A stretch of 64,000 nt of DNA from Naegleria gruberi. Lineage: Eukaryota. Positions 24,213-36,661 of the stretch are shown here, piece after piece. Below the pieces are notes generated by a model. It searched no databases. It was given only the letters and a program-made list of their open reading frames with translations, and was not told the DNA's origin. Numbering within the stretch: the first letter of the stretch is position 1; every line of letters starts with the position of its first letter. The translations under genes and the position numbers were made by a program. The stretch is from assembly GCA_000004985.1 (NCBI GenBank), contig GG738864.1; one strand, 5' to 3'.

Positions 24213-27200
24213 TTAATTTTTGAGTGAATTTTTCAATAGAGAAAGAATTTCATTAAAGTGGTGAATAGAAGGTCTTTGAGAAGGATTAGTTTCCCATCCC
24301 TTCTTAATTAAATCAAGTAATTGGTAGATTACTGTACTTTCTTGGAGTGAATAGGCCTTTTTCATTTCACACCAAGATTGACAATCTTCCAAAGTTTCGA
24401 ATGGAATGAGTGGACGATGTCCAGATGCAATCTTTGGAAGCAGTTGGCTTAATAAATTTTGATATTGAACTGGTTGTTCAAGATTCAACTTGTTTAATAT
24501 CAATGGATTCGTATAATAATAAGGATCCATAATTTCAAATAGAATTTGCCACATGATTATTGACAAACTATAAATGTCAACAGCAGTTAACAATTGCCTT
24601 TCAATTTCACCAAATGATTCAGGACTATTAATCAAAATCATTAGAAAGATAATAAATAGTAATACTCTACCTCATATAATAAAAAGTTCCAATTTGATTT
24701 GTAATTTGCGTGTTGTTTTGCTTATTCAAGAGTCTGGACAAACCAAAATCACACAACTTGCTCACTCCATGAACATCTTGCAAAATATTGGCAGGTTTCA
24801 AATCTCTGTGCACGATCGTTGGTTTCAGATTGTGTAAATATTCGATTCCTTTGCAGATATCAAGCATAATATCCATCTTTTGACTCAATGACAATTTCAT
24901 TCTATTAGATTGGAGTTCAGCAATAATATTTTCAAGACTTCTCTCCATTTTCTCCATTACAATATATCTCTTGGTTGGAGTAGAAGAAACTCCAAAGAAG
25001 GAAATAATATTTGGATGTCTCAATCTGGAAAGAACTGTTGCTTCAGACCTAAAATCATTTTCATCAATATTCATATTATTCAAATCGAAAACCTTAATAG
25101 CTACTTCAGTTCCAATCCATTGAGATTGATAAACTGATCCATAGCCACCAGAACCAAGTTTCTTCATTTTACCCAAATCCAACTTGTTAATAGAAATGAA
25201 GAATGAATCTGCTTCATCCTTCTTCTTTCCATCATTGTCAATTTCCAGTTCAAGCATGTTATCAGTAACAAATTGATCAGTTTTAATGATCTTTCTCTGA
25301 ACATAATACTTTCTGAATAGACCAATAATAATGAAAAGTGAACCACCAATGCAAAAGACAAGAACTGCAACACCTATTAAAGCACCAATAAGAGCCCACA
25401 GTTCATCAGAATGTTGACATTGTTCACCTGAATAACCAAATTGACAGGTGCATTGATTTGGAAGTGAACAACTGCCTCTTCCATTACAAACGTCTGCCTC
25501 TTTTTCATTCCTTCCAAAACATGTCATTAATTCACATTCTAAACCAGTATATCCAGTATTACAAGAACATTGATTCTTGTCAAGGCAACTTCCTCTTACT
25601 GAACCACCACAAGCCCCGTCAAGAATCTTTCTGAAACAAATTGGCGTTTGACACATTGAGGAAGTATATCCTTCTTTACAAATGCAAGTATTTGGAGCTG
25701 TGCAGTTACCTCTTCCATTTGTGCAAACACTGGAACTATTAGAAGCTTCTCCATAACAAACTGGTATTTCACATTCGAAACCTGTATATCGAGACGAGTC
25801 ATAACATTGACACAAATCTGGTGAAAGACATTCTCCATTATTATTGCAAACATTTCCACTCAACAGTTTGATCTTTCCATAACAAATTGGAAGGCAAGTA
25901 TCATTCTTTGAATAGACATGACCATTCTCACAGAAAGCTTCCAATTTTCTAACATTATTCAATGAAGAATCGATAAAGAATAATACATTTCCTTCATTGT
26001 TAATTGTCATGGAGGTGGGTGAAATACTGAAAGGTTTTGATTTGGTTTGAGATGGAGCAGATCCATCCCCCGCAATTACATCAAATGGATGACTAGCAAT
26101 GGTTGAAATCTTTCTAATAAAATTGTTTTTGCTATCTGAAATAATTGTTTGTCCCTTATAAGAAACAACTGAGGAAGGTGAATTTAAGGAACTTGTTTTT
26201 GGATCAGAGGTTTGAGAGAAGCCAGTGAACCCATTACCTGCTACAGTTTCCAATAATCCTTTCTTGTTAATTTTTCTCACCTTACTAATTCCAGATTCGA
26301 CAAAGATTAATTCACCCTCTTCATTGACATACAATCCTTTAGGTGCTGCAATATCTGATGAAATGGCCAATCTTCCATCCTCGGAGATTCCAAACAATCC
26401 AGTTCCTGCAATAGTTGAAATTACTCCATTTGTGGAAATCTTTCTAATTCTATTCTGAGCTGTTTCACTAACGTACATTTCACCACTCGAGGAGAAGGCA
26501 ACATACGAAGCCTCAACTTGTGAATAAAGAGCCAAGTTATTGTCGCCAATTCCTCCAGCAAATTTCTTTACCCACTTTCCTTCAATTTGACTTTCCAATA
26601 TTCTATTGTTACCTTTTCAAATTTCTTAATAAAATAATTCTAAATACTTTTAACTTACCTGAATCAGCAATAAATAAAATAGATTTGGAATGGTCAAAGA
26701 AGGTACATTGTGGATTATTCAATTTGACATTAGAACCTGTAATGTTTCCTTCGAAATAATTATAACCTGCAAAACCATTACCAACAACTGAATAAGTGGA
26801 CGAAAGGACAGCAAATCTAATTCTATGAGATTGGGAATCAGTAATGTGGATATCAGTTAAAGCAGATCCAACTGAGTTTACACTCGAAACACAAGTTGGT
26901 GTATTGTAAATTGCATTTGGTAAATTAAAATCATCTGTGTAACCCTTAGCTCCACTACCACTATGCGTAGTTACAGTTACTGGATCATTAAAAAGTGGTT
27001 GTAGATCAACATATCTAATACGATTATTTCCAGAGTCTGCAAAATAGATAATCCAATCTGAATTGAGAGAGAATCCCATAGGTGTGTCCAAATGAGTGGA
27101 GAGAGCTGGCCCATCACCATTGAATCCCTTTACACCACTTCCAGCAATGGTTTGAATAATACCAGTACTAAGAGTAATTTGTCTTAATCTATTATTGAAA

Positions 27201-29022
27201 GTATCAGAAAAAAACAATTCATGATAATAATTGACTTGGAGATAGGTTGGAGAATTCAATTGAGCAGTAAGGGCATTAATATTGTCTCCATTGTAACCTT
27301 GTATTCCATTTCCTGCAATGGTTTGGATGATTCCAGATGTTATGTTGACAGCTCTAATTCTATGATTATTGGTATCGGCAACATAGAGCACATTATTATC
27401 CAAATAGATTCCAGTTGGAGAATTAAGCTTGGCCAATGTTGCTAAACCACCATCACCATCAAATCCAGAAGTTCCACATCCAGCAACACCAATTACCACA
27501 CCACTAGTTCTGTGAACCTTAATAATTCTATGATTTCCAGAATCAGAAATGTATACATAACTAGTTGTTGCAAAAATTCCCTTTGGAGAGTTTAGAACTA
27601 GTTGATCTTTGTGTTGCTGTAAAAGCCTGGATGCTGTTATTGGACCTGCAAACATTGTTGAAATGCTTCCATTATATTTGTGAATGAAACCCTTTGATGA
27701 GACAACATATAGATCACTGTTATTGGTTGAGACTGAAACTGGATTGAGAGCAAAAGGTTGATAGGTATCAATGAAATTCAACTCCTTCTCTGGGGCTATC
27801 ATTTCAAGTTTGTTGTTTGCTGAGATTTTTCGTACAGCTCCATAGTCAGAAACGTAAAGGTTTCCACTTTGCTGATCCAGAACTATTCCAGTTGGAGAAT
27901 GAAGTGTTGTCTCACTAGAATTGTATCCATCAATAAATGGACCAATAACAGCTCCATCATAATTAATAAACAAGATCAATGATATTGTTTCATCAATCAT
28001 TGAAATTTTTCTAATTGTTTTCAGTCCAAAATCGCTAACGTACATGAAACCATTATGAATACCAAAATACTGATTTATGGCAATGAATTCAGCATCACTT
28101 GCCTTTCCACCATCTCCAAAAGTGGTTGCTTCCAAACTAGCCTGTTTACCATTTCCAACAAATCTTGAAATATTTCCATTTCTCAAATCCATTTTCCTTA
28201 TTGTCGAAGAAAGCTCTTTAGTATCCACGTATAGCAAGTAATTATCCACTCTCAACAGTCCTGGATGAGTAAAATCTAAATTTTCTACCAACAGCTCTTC
28301 ACCATTATCAATGGTCCATCTACAAAGTGATTTCACATCAATATCTTTAAATTTGAAATAATAAACGACACCATCATCATCCACATAGACATCCAAAACA
28401 TTTGATGATGTTGAAATGTAGGTGCTGACAATACCATTCTCTACTTTTCTAATTGCATCATTATACCCATCTGCAATGTACATAATTCCATCTTTATCAA
28501 TGAACATTGAATAGATCCTAGTGTGTATGAAATGTGTTAGATAAAGAACAAATAATTGAACACATACCCATCAAAGAGAGCTTCTCTTGCATCTCCTCCA
28601 TCACCACTATATCCTGATTCATCTTTGATTCCGACAATTACTGTATAATTAGCCTCAACTTTTTCATTGATAATACTTATGGAAGTGGAATCGGAACAAT
28701 AAACAACACCACTTTTAACATTCACGTATAATGAACAAATGAATGGCTTCTTGAGGAGTGTCATCTTTTTTGATACTGCATCTATTTTAGCAATGAAACT
28801 ATCATCCACGGTATCACATTCAAAATAAATGTGTCCTTCATTAGTAACATGGACAGCTCCTAAACCACTGAATACATTCTGTTTGTGAGGTTTGGTTACA
28901 TCACTCAGTGAGTATTTTGGTGTTGTTTGACCAAAGGATTCCCTTAGTAGGAATTGTGTGAAAAAGCAACAAGCTAACAACACTAAGGCAATGACGGATT
29001 GGAAAGGAAGGTGTTGCTTCAT
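24213..29022 (-). CDS. Receptor Ser/Thr (TKL-type) kinase, about 1555 aa: signal peptide, very long NHL beta-propeller region (probably two propellers), EGF repeats, TM helix and kinase (paralogue C)
   Basis: Exons are 29022..28559, 28507..26659, 26612..24671 and 24624..24213. Introns are 28558..28508 (GTATGT), 26658..26613 (GTAAGT) and 24670..24625. The last intron has a weak GTAGAG donor. Splicing restores the NHL consensus ...FIADSG|NNRILESQIEGKW... and the kinase ...GTFYYM|SPESFG.... The TM helix is LIGALIGVAVLVFCIGGSLFIIIGLF. Kinase motifs are LGSGGYGSV, AIK, HRDLKPANIL and DFGLSR. Confidence 0.7.
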
Positions 29023-29840
29023 ATTTTTTCTTCTTGTTCAACAAGTCTAATGAATGTTTGGTCAGTGCTAATAATTGGTTTTGCCTTTTCCAAGATTGGA
29101 GAATATATATGGAAATACTGTATTTTCCTTTACTGATCCTCTATTTTATATACAGGTAAAGATTATTATTAAGCAAAGAAATGTTCATAATATTGAATCA
29201 TTTTCAATACAACCCTTCAACTCTGTTTTGTCTGATTCTTTATTCACTATTACTACTCACTATATCACAATGAAATATAATGACGATGCATAACATTTCT
29301 AAGGAAAGTTTAAAAAATTTAGGAAACAAAGTGGCTTCACTTCTTCTCATCATTGTTGCTACCCTCATCAAACCTCAAAAGAGAGGAGGAATATTTCATG
29401 ATGAATAGAGGTACTCTAAGAGAATTAAGCTCTGAAACATTTATCAACTCACAAATGTCATCTCTTTAGTAAAACTTAAATTCGGAGCACAACAATTAAT
29501 CATAATAAATTAATACTCGGAGAAGATACACCAACAACAGATGAACTTAATTAACACTAGTGGAAGTTGGATGTAAACATTAGTATTACGCTAATTTCCT
29601 ATTCAACAATGGGACAATAATTGTGTGTTCCTTTAAGCATTCCTTCTTTTGAAATGTACACTGTCGAAAGTTGATCAAGTATTATCCTCCTACTTGTTGT
29701 AAAGACACAGTTCCTTAAATGAATTTAAGAGAATTTCCTCCTGTGACTCCAAATGGAGTTGACTTAAGTGGCAAATGAAGCAACCTTTCACACAACTTGC
29801 TCACTCCATCGTAAATCAAAGTTTTTCTTCAACTTGGAAC

Positions 29841-30800
29841 ATGTCAAAAATTACGAAAAAAAATGCAAGACGATTGTCTCTCATTAATCACAATCCTTCC
29901 CTACAGCTGAACGATGCCTTGTTCGAAAAATTTAAAATTCATATGAGAAGTTATCGGAATTGTGTGCCATTTTCAATGAAGTTTGAAGAGATGAATAATA
30001 TCAAGTCGATCGAACATAAATTGCACTGTCCCTCCCAAGCCAAGATTTCTCACTCACACAATTGTTTGTGCATCTCTGATAATTTAGATTCTGAACTGAA
30101 ATTTTTTGATTTGATTACTCATGAATATTTAGGAGGCTTTCTTGTTGAAGGAGTGACTGGTTTGTTAATTGAAGAGAATTTTGATGATCAACAAAATGAT
30201 GCTATTTATTTTGGAAAGAATAAGTATACTTTCAAATATAGAGTGAAGGATTTAATGAGATTAGGATCAAGTGCTGATTGTATTTGGAAAATTGAAAGAA
30301 ATCATATGTATGGAATGGCAATTAGAACAATTGGAAATCAGAAACAATTATTCAGATATAGTGCTTCCCAAGGAGTTATGGATATTATAGATACTGTGAA
30401 TGGAAAGGTCATTAAAGAGTTGAAACTTGAAAAACTCGACAGAGTAATGGATATTATTTTCATCAATCCAAAAAGAATGCTTGTTGCTGAACTTTTTCAT
30501 AATGCATGTTTTATTTATGATGAAATGAACGAAAATGAATGGAAATTGATACAAACAATTGAAAAAGCAGAGAATATTTATTTTAGTCAACCATTAGGAT
30601 TGGCAATTGACAGAACAGGAGGGAAAATATTTCTTTCAGATTATGACATTAAGAGAATTGTTGTATTTAATGAGAGTTTAGATTTGATTGATTGTCATTA
30701 TCCAGAATCTCTGAATCCATTTCGTCTCGATTTTGATGAAACAACAGGATTACTCTATATTACTGATCAACAAGATGATTCCATTAGAATATTTAAATAG
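29841..30800 (+). CDS. NHL-repeat (six-bladed beta-propeller) protein with an N-terminal Cys/His-rich segment
   Basis: The first ATG is at 29841 (MSKITKKNARR). The ORF-track start at 29775 is not an ATG. The C-terminal half carries NHL-like blades (IYFSQPLGLAIDRTGGKIFLSDYDIKRIVVF ... LLYITDQQDDSIRIF). The upstream HKLHCPSQAKISHSHNCLCISD segment looks like a B-box-like zinc knuckle. Confidence 0.5.
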   Translation: MSKITKKNARRLSLINHNPSLQLNDALFEKFKIHMRSYRNCVPFSMKFEEMNNIKSIEHKLHCPSQAKISHSHNCLCISDNLDSELKFFDLITHEYLGGFLVEGVTGLLIEENFDDQQNDAIYFGKNKYTFKYRVKDLMRLGSSADCIWKIERNHMYGMAIRTIGNQKQLFRYSASQGVMDIIDTVNGKVIKELKLEKLDRVMDIIFINPKRMLVAELFHNACFIYDEMNENEWKLIQTIEKAENIYFSQPLGLAIDRTGGKIFLSDYDIKRIVVFNESLDLIDCHYPESLNPFRLDFDETTGLLYITDQQDDSIRIFK

Positions 30801-30875
30801 ATATGTCAATTTATTGTACCACTGGTAAAGTATCCACAGTTCCTTAAATGAAATTAAGAGAAGATTGAAATTTTA

Positions 30876-33800
30876 TTACAAGTTTCTTATTCCTAATGGA
30901 TCTGGATCTGGATTGACTAAACTTCCACATGAAGAAACACTTCCATAATTCTTGCATTGAGAAATGGTCATTGTTCTTTCGGTTGTTTCAGTCTTTCCTT
31001 CCATTCCAACAAATCTCATGTTATCCACCAAGAATTCGACATAATTAGTTTGATCTACCAAGTAGATGGTAATTCTTTGGATTAATTGAACAGGATCGAA
31101 ACTTAAAGACGAAACTGGAATTCTCACACGAGTTGCTCTGTTTCCATCGATTTTGTACAAGTGTTGGAAGTTGCTTGTGGTTGCAACGTATCTGCCAGCT
31201 TCTACCAATTTCGAATTATTGTAATAACTAAATACGAAACCAATACTTTGAATACTGTAAATTGGATTCGCAGTCTTGATGAATAATTCAAAGTATTTGT
31301 AAATGCTAGTGTCAACAAACAACTTTGGACCAATCTTGTTGAATGAAATATCGCCCTTTCTTAAACCAAAATGCAATGAAGTATTTCCACAAATTGCAGG
31401 ACTATAGGATACATTGAAGAATGAGTTTCTGACATCGGTTGGACTGTATGCAGTCAATGACCATTCTCCACTCAAAGCACTAGCTTCATTGTAAATGGAA
31501 ATAACGTGAGATGAATTTTTCACGTTAGGACTGTCACATGGTTTGACAGACGAAACCAAAGGAGGTAAATTACAACTTGTGGAAGTTCCATTACTTAAAT
31601 ATAATTGAGCCCTCAAATGACCATTTGGATTTTCACTAGTTGACAATTTTACAAACATTTTTCCCTGAAGCAAGTAATTCCACTCCTCGTAGGATAATTT
31701 ATATCCGAATCTACTTTGAGAATAGGGAACAGTCTTTGAAGTTGGAGTGGCAATGTAATCTTCCTTACCAGGTTGACCAAATCCAACATCCAAACTTGTT
31801 ACAATAGAACTCAAACTGTGTGGAACTGTAAAATCAAGTGAAGCTGCTTCTGTATCCAAGAAGGCAAACACTAATCCACCACCAACTGTTGATCCAGAGG
31901 CCAATGGTTGTATATTTGATTGCTGACAGGTTTCCAATCTACCAACAAATCGATCTTCTCTCATGAGTGCCTTGTAGGTAGCTCCAGGATTCTTTGGATT
32001 GGAAAATTGAGATGGAGCACAATTATCATTTGGACATGTGGCATTCAATGAAATTCCACCAGAAGATGAATAATCTACAAAGATATCATACAATTTGTAA
32101 GAAGTTCTGGAAGCTTGATTTTGTAACTTGACATATAAATGTTCAGTTGACCCATCATAATAGTAATAATTAGTTGGATCCTTAAACATTGTTGTAAAAT
32201 TAGAAGCAGCAACCATCTTATTCGAATTTGTAGAATACTTGATAGAAAAGTTGGAATTCCTTGGATATTGAATGGCCAAAACAAGCCAATCATTGGTAGC
32301 ACTTGAATCCAAGGCAATTGAGAAATTCTTCGGAGTTGGAATATCATACGGCCAACGGAGTCCATAAAAACCTCTATTGATGACATTATTTTGTAAATAG
32401 TAATCCATTGGACCGGTCAAGTAAGCTCCAGTTAAATCAGCTTGACGATTTCTTAACAAGTCAACCAAGTACATTCTTGTGCCAGGTTTAGTATAATCGG
32501 CAAGTTCAGGTCTCTTTACTCCGTCCTTTCCAGTTGTGTTAAGAGTTGGCCAATTCCAAGTTGTAATTCTCAAGTGAGAGTATGACTCGCCAAAGAATGG
32601 ACATTGATAGGCATTCCAATCATTTCTTAATTGACATTGAGGGAAGTTTCGAATAGTTTCATTTCCAACAATCCAACCACCAAACGAAGTAATATTTGTG
32701 GTTGTTCCGTCCATGTCCATCATTGCAATTCCTTTCATGTTATCATAGGAAGTTGGATAAGTATAAGGAAAGGCAAAATATCTATTCGAATTGATAAACT
32801 TTAAATTGGAAAACTTATTTTTGGTTTGAAGTTTAAAATTGGCAGCTCTCGAAGATAAAGCACCTGCATACTTATACGAATCTGTAACGAAATTAATAAA
32901 TGTGATATTGTTCAAATATTGTGGACCACCAATATCATAATGTTCATAACCCTTAATAATATCCAATAATGTGGAAGAATAGAGAGCTGGCCTAGTTCTC
33001 TTTCCCAAGTCAACTGTCGGTCTGTATGAATATTCACCGACATTTTCAGATTCTCCAATGAAAATACTATCTTCTGTAAGAGTAGCACCAACTGGAGCAT
33101 TCATGGCAATCTTATTATCAGTCAAGTAGAGATTGTCGAAACGAAGATAACCTCCTCTGCACCAAACTCCAAAGACTCTATTCTTATATGAAACAAAGTT
33201 GGAATAAACAGCATTATTGGTGTAGAATGCAACAATTTCAGAATTGCCATCTGCCTTTTCAAAATCATCAATGTGGAGACCATTTCCATTTGAACTGTGA
33301 GCTACATTATATTCGAAAGGTTTAGTTGGTGCAGTTCTTGGATTAACTGATCCAGCAGGATATCTTAAAGCACTCAAACCAGTTGGGAATGATGGAAGTG
33401 AAAACCAAAATGGAAAACGACCACCCACTGCATGATTACCAATAAAGGTATTATTTGGATTAGTAATCCAAAAAACAGAAACTGAAGTATCAGATGGAAT
33501 TAATCTTTTGGAATTTTCCTTTGATATTGGAATAGGGTCAATTCCTAAATTAGAAATAAACTGATTTCCATATTCAGATCCATCTTCTAAAAAGTACATG
33601 TGGCCATAAGCACGATAACAAACATTATTTTGGAGGAGAATATAGTGAGTGTCATGGACAACGTAACATCTCTGGTAACTGTGATGGACAGAGTTGTCCT
33701 TAACTGTAAAGTTTAAACCAGCTGGTTTACTTTGTAATAAATGGAAATGGAAACTATTAGAAATTAATGAATTATTAGAAAGTATTGAATTGAAACATAC

Positions 33801-34751
33801 CTGTATCTTCCCATTAAACCCTGTTGACCAAATCTAGTAATTTCAACTCCTTCCATATTAAACTTATCGACCAAACGAATAATAAAGTGACCACCAAAGA
33901 GTGAAGTTTCGGATGAATAATTCATAATAAGATCCTCTGAATACGATTCTTCTTGATAATAAACCAACCTCAGCACGAATTTTACCATTATCACTTGCAA
34001 AGTGAGTATAATTCAATGGAACATCCAAAACTATAGTCTTGTTTCCATTCAACAATTGAACAATCTTTCTTTCTTCATTCTGATTTGGAAATGGTTCACC
34101 AATTGCCCAATTCAATGAAGTTTCCTTTTGAGTTCTGTAATCATAAACTTCACCATAATCAGTTGAGGCAATCACAATAGAATCGCCAACTTTCCATGCG
34201 ACTGAATCCCTTAAAACAAGTTGATTACTTCCCTTAGTAGCATTCTTTACAATTTCTGTCCAACTTGGACCATCAATTTTACCAAAAATTTGGACAATGG
34301 AACCACTTAAAAAGGCAATACCTTTGGATCCCAAATTGGAGCCATCAAATGGATCAGAACCCATATCATTCACAGAACTATTGACACGATCTCCATAGAA
34401 TGTCATGACAATCTTGGAAGTGATTGGACATGAAGAACTTCCCATAATAAAACTTGCGTTTTGTTCAACTCTGATGAAATTCAAATCCAAATTGAGATTG
34501 ACATTATCAAAGATTAATGAACCACCAGATTTTATGGTGATGGAACGAAGCTTATTTGGAGGAGAATCATTTAACTTGACAGCCTTGGTTATGAGAATGT
34601 CAGAATTAGCTACATTCCATCCAACTAAGGATGAAAAGTTGACTAAACCAGTTTTTTGATGAGGACATTGTCCACTGACCATGCCAAGCATGAATAAACA
34701 CAATAAACATGTGCCTATACATGCCTGTAGAAGAAAAACTTTAGAAAGCAT
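30876..34751 (-). CDS. CEMIP/TMEM2-family protein (G8 domain + GG domain + parallel beta-helix; cell-surface hyaluronidase-like)
   Basis: ATG at 34751 with a signal/anchor sequence MLSKVFLLQACIGTCLLCLFMLGMVSG. The G8 domain ends at ...LLSRRIVFRG. There is a 48-nt intron 33801..33754 (GTATGT...ttctaatag). The spliced product joins GQQGLMGRY|SFHFH, the family GRYPIHFH motif, followed by HHSYQRCYVVHDTHYILLQNNVCYRAYGHMYFLEDGSEYGN and a long beta-helix exon 33753..30876. An unresolved frame discontinuity remains near 33880-33960. Confidence 0.65.
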
Positions 34752-35489
34752 GATTGTTGTGAGGTTTTTTTTCTTTGAAAGGTTCTCTGACTATGTTATT
34801 CGAATCATTTATGGTGATGAATTGGTACGAAACGTTCATTTAGCTATTTGATGGTTGAGTAGAGTTAGTCTTTTGGGTTTGAATCAGCAATGAATACTAT
34901 TGGATTGTTTGTTTTACAAAAAATGGGTGTTTCACTTGAACCTAATTGACTTCTATTTATGGAAACAAATTGTGTTCAAAATGCAAACCTTGACTGAATC
35001 AGAAAAGATGCAACTGCGTGTCTGTTTGAAATAATTTGGACAATTCAGCATAAAATACTATAACAGATCATACAACCTTACAATACTGCTAATTCGGTAT
35101 TTTAACGTGGTCAACTTGCACATTTTGCATTCTTGAAATTTACACTTGACATTTCGTAGAGTAACACTTCAATCAAAGAGTTGATAAGATGATAGATTAC
35201 ATTGTTACTTGTTAAAATATTTATGTTCTGAATATAGCTCTCAAGCCTCACTACACATTTTCTTCTCGTTGTATAAATTTTTATCTCTTTTATTGTACCC
35301 AAACTACATGTATTTGGAATGCTTATTTGATAGTTAATATTTTAGCAAGAGTTTATTTGCAACAAGTCATCTAATTGGATTAAATGAAAAGTGTGGACTA
35401 ACTTACTTATATCAATATTGACCATTGGATGACTAATATTTTATGCAATATACATTGTATTTGGTATTTGTTGCGGAGAAAAATCAAAA

Positions 35490-35607
35490 GACTACAGCAC
35501 CACAGGTTCCCAAGTTGTCTCCAACCTCAGTACTGATGTGGCTCGACGATACTTAACTTCTCAAATCGGACGGGATGAGGTGCATGAATCGTGATATGGC
35601 CGTAGCC
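35490..35607 (-). rRNA. 5S rRNA gene (118 nt)
   Basis: This is the reverse complement of the 50438-50555 copy. Helix I pairs ggctacggc with gctgtagtc. An oligo-T tract (ttttgattttt) follows the 3' end on the coding strand. The sequence matches canonical eukaryotic 5S, including GCCATA...CCCGTCCGATTTGAGAAGTTAAGC...GTACTGAGGTTGGAGACAACTTGGGAAC. Confidence 0.85.
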
Positions 35608-35799
35608 ATTCATTCTCTTAAATTGTTCAACCCTTGTTGTAAAATGGAACATTAGAAAGTTACAAAGTTGTCGACTTGTTGATTATCACATCATATTAAA
35701 TTGAACTCATTAGGGAAGTGATACAAGAATAGAAAATGTACACTATTCAATGAATAATTTATTTACAATAATTGAAAGAATCTATGATATTTTGCTAAC

Positions 35800-36169
35800 T
35801 TAACCACCCCTCAATCTCAAAACTAAATGCACAGTTGCATCCTTTTGAAGATTGTAATCACCAATAGTTCTTCCATCTTCCAATTGCTTACCGGCATAAA
35901 TCAATCGTTGTTGATCTGAAGGAATACCTTCCTTATCAAATATCTTTTGTTTCATATTCTTCAACAGTATCATTCGATTCCATTTCAATAGTGATTGTCT
36001 TTCCAGTTAAGGTTTTTACAAAAAGTTGCATTCCTCCTCTTAATCTTTGTTGATCTGGTGAAATTCCTTCCTTATCTTGTACTTTTCTTTTCACATTTTC
36101 AATTGAATCATTAGATTCAACCTCCAAAGTGATAGTTCTTCCAGTGAGTGTCTTGACAAATAATTGCAT
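35800..36169 (-). pseudogene. Degenerate polyubiquitin locus: two head-to-tail ubiquitin units, one internally deleted and one frameshifted
   Basis: Unit 1 reads [43 protein letters not shown] and then runs directly into RGG. Ub residues 43-73 are missing in frame. Unit 2 reads [26 protein letters not shown] single extra A in gaagaatatg then shifts the frame, so the remainder ([50 protein letters not shown]-stop) is only readable in the +1 frame. The locus also carries many substitutions relative to invariant ubiquitin. Confidence 0.55.
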
Positions 36170-36661
36170 TATGTTTGTTGTCTTGTTTTTCTTATTGTTT
36201 TTCTTGAATTCAAAACATATCCTTGCTTTTTATACTAAGTTTTGAGATGTATGTATTTTTAGAAGTAGTTCTTCTGCAAAGAAATTCTTTAAATGAACCG
36301 ATCGATTTTGTTTCTGGACACAAATTTGGTTCATGTTTTGTAATTATGTGCTATAGCTGTTCATACAATAATCAATTTTAACTTGTTGTTCGAATGAGTT
36401 TAATGCAATTTGACTCTTAATGATTTTGAATTTAAAAGGTGATTATTGGAAAAATACTAGCAAAATGGTTTGAGTTTAGCTGTTCATTACTAAAAACAAT
36501 GTTAACTTTTATGAAAAGATATTATATTAATATACCGTAGCCATTTATCCTTAATATAATGAATAATAATAAATTTGTTGAAAAATATCTTATTAATTTT
36601 ATTTTTATAAAAATAAAGGAATATAAGTAAAGATATTGTTGTTTGTCTTTCAATTGTTAAT

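Noticed and set aside
11205-28000. Numerous 60-100 aa ORFs antisense to or frame-shifted within the three large kinase genes (for example 11205-11405, 12049-12288, 14867-15130, 20528-20821, 25596-25859 and 27221-27445)
   Set aside because: They have no start or splice context and show random-looking composition. They are fully explained by the long minus-strand exons.
33764-34000. Separate 78-aa ORF inside the CEMIP/TMEM2-like locus
   Set aside because: It is the GG-domain segment of that gene read in its real frame. It is not an independent gene.
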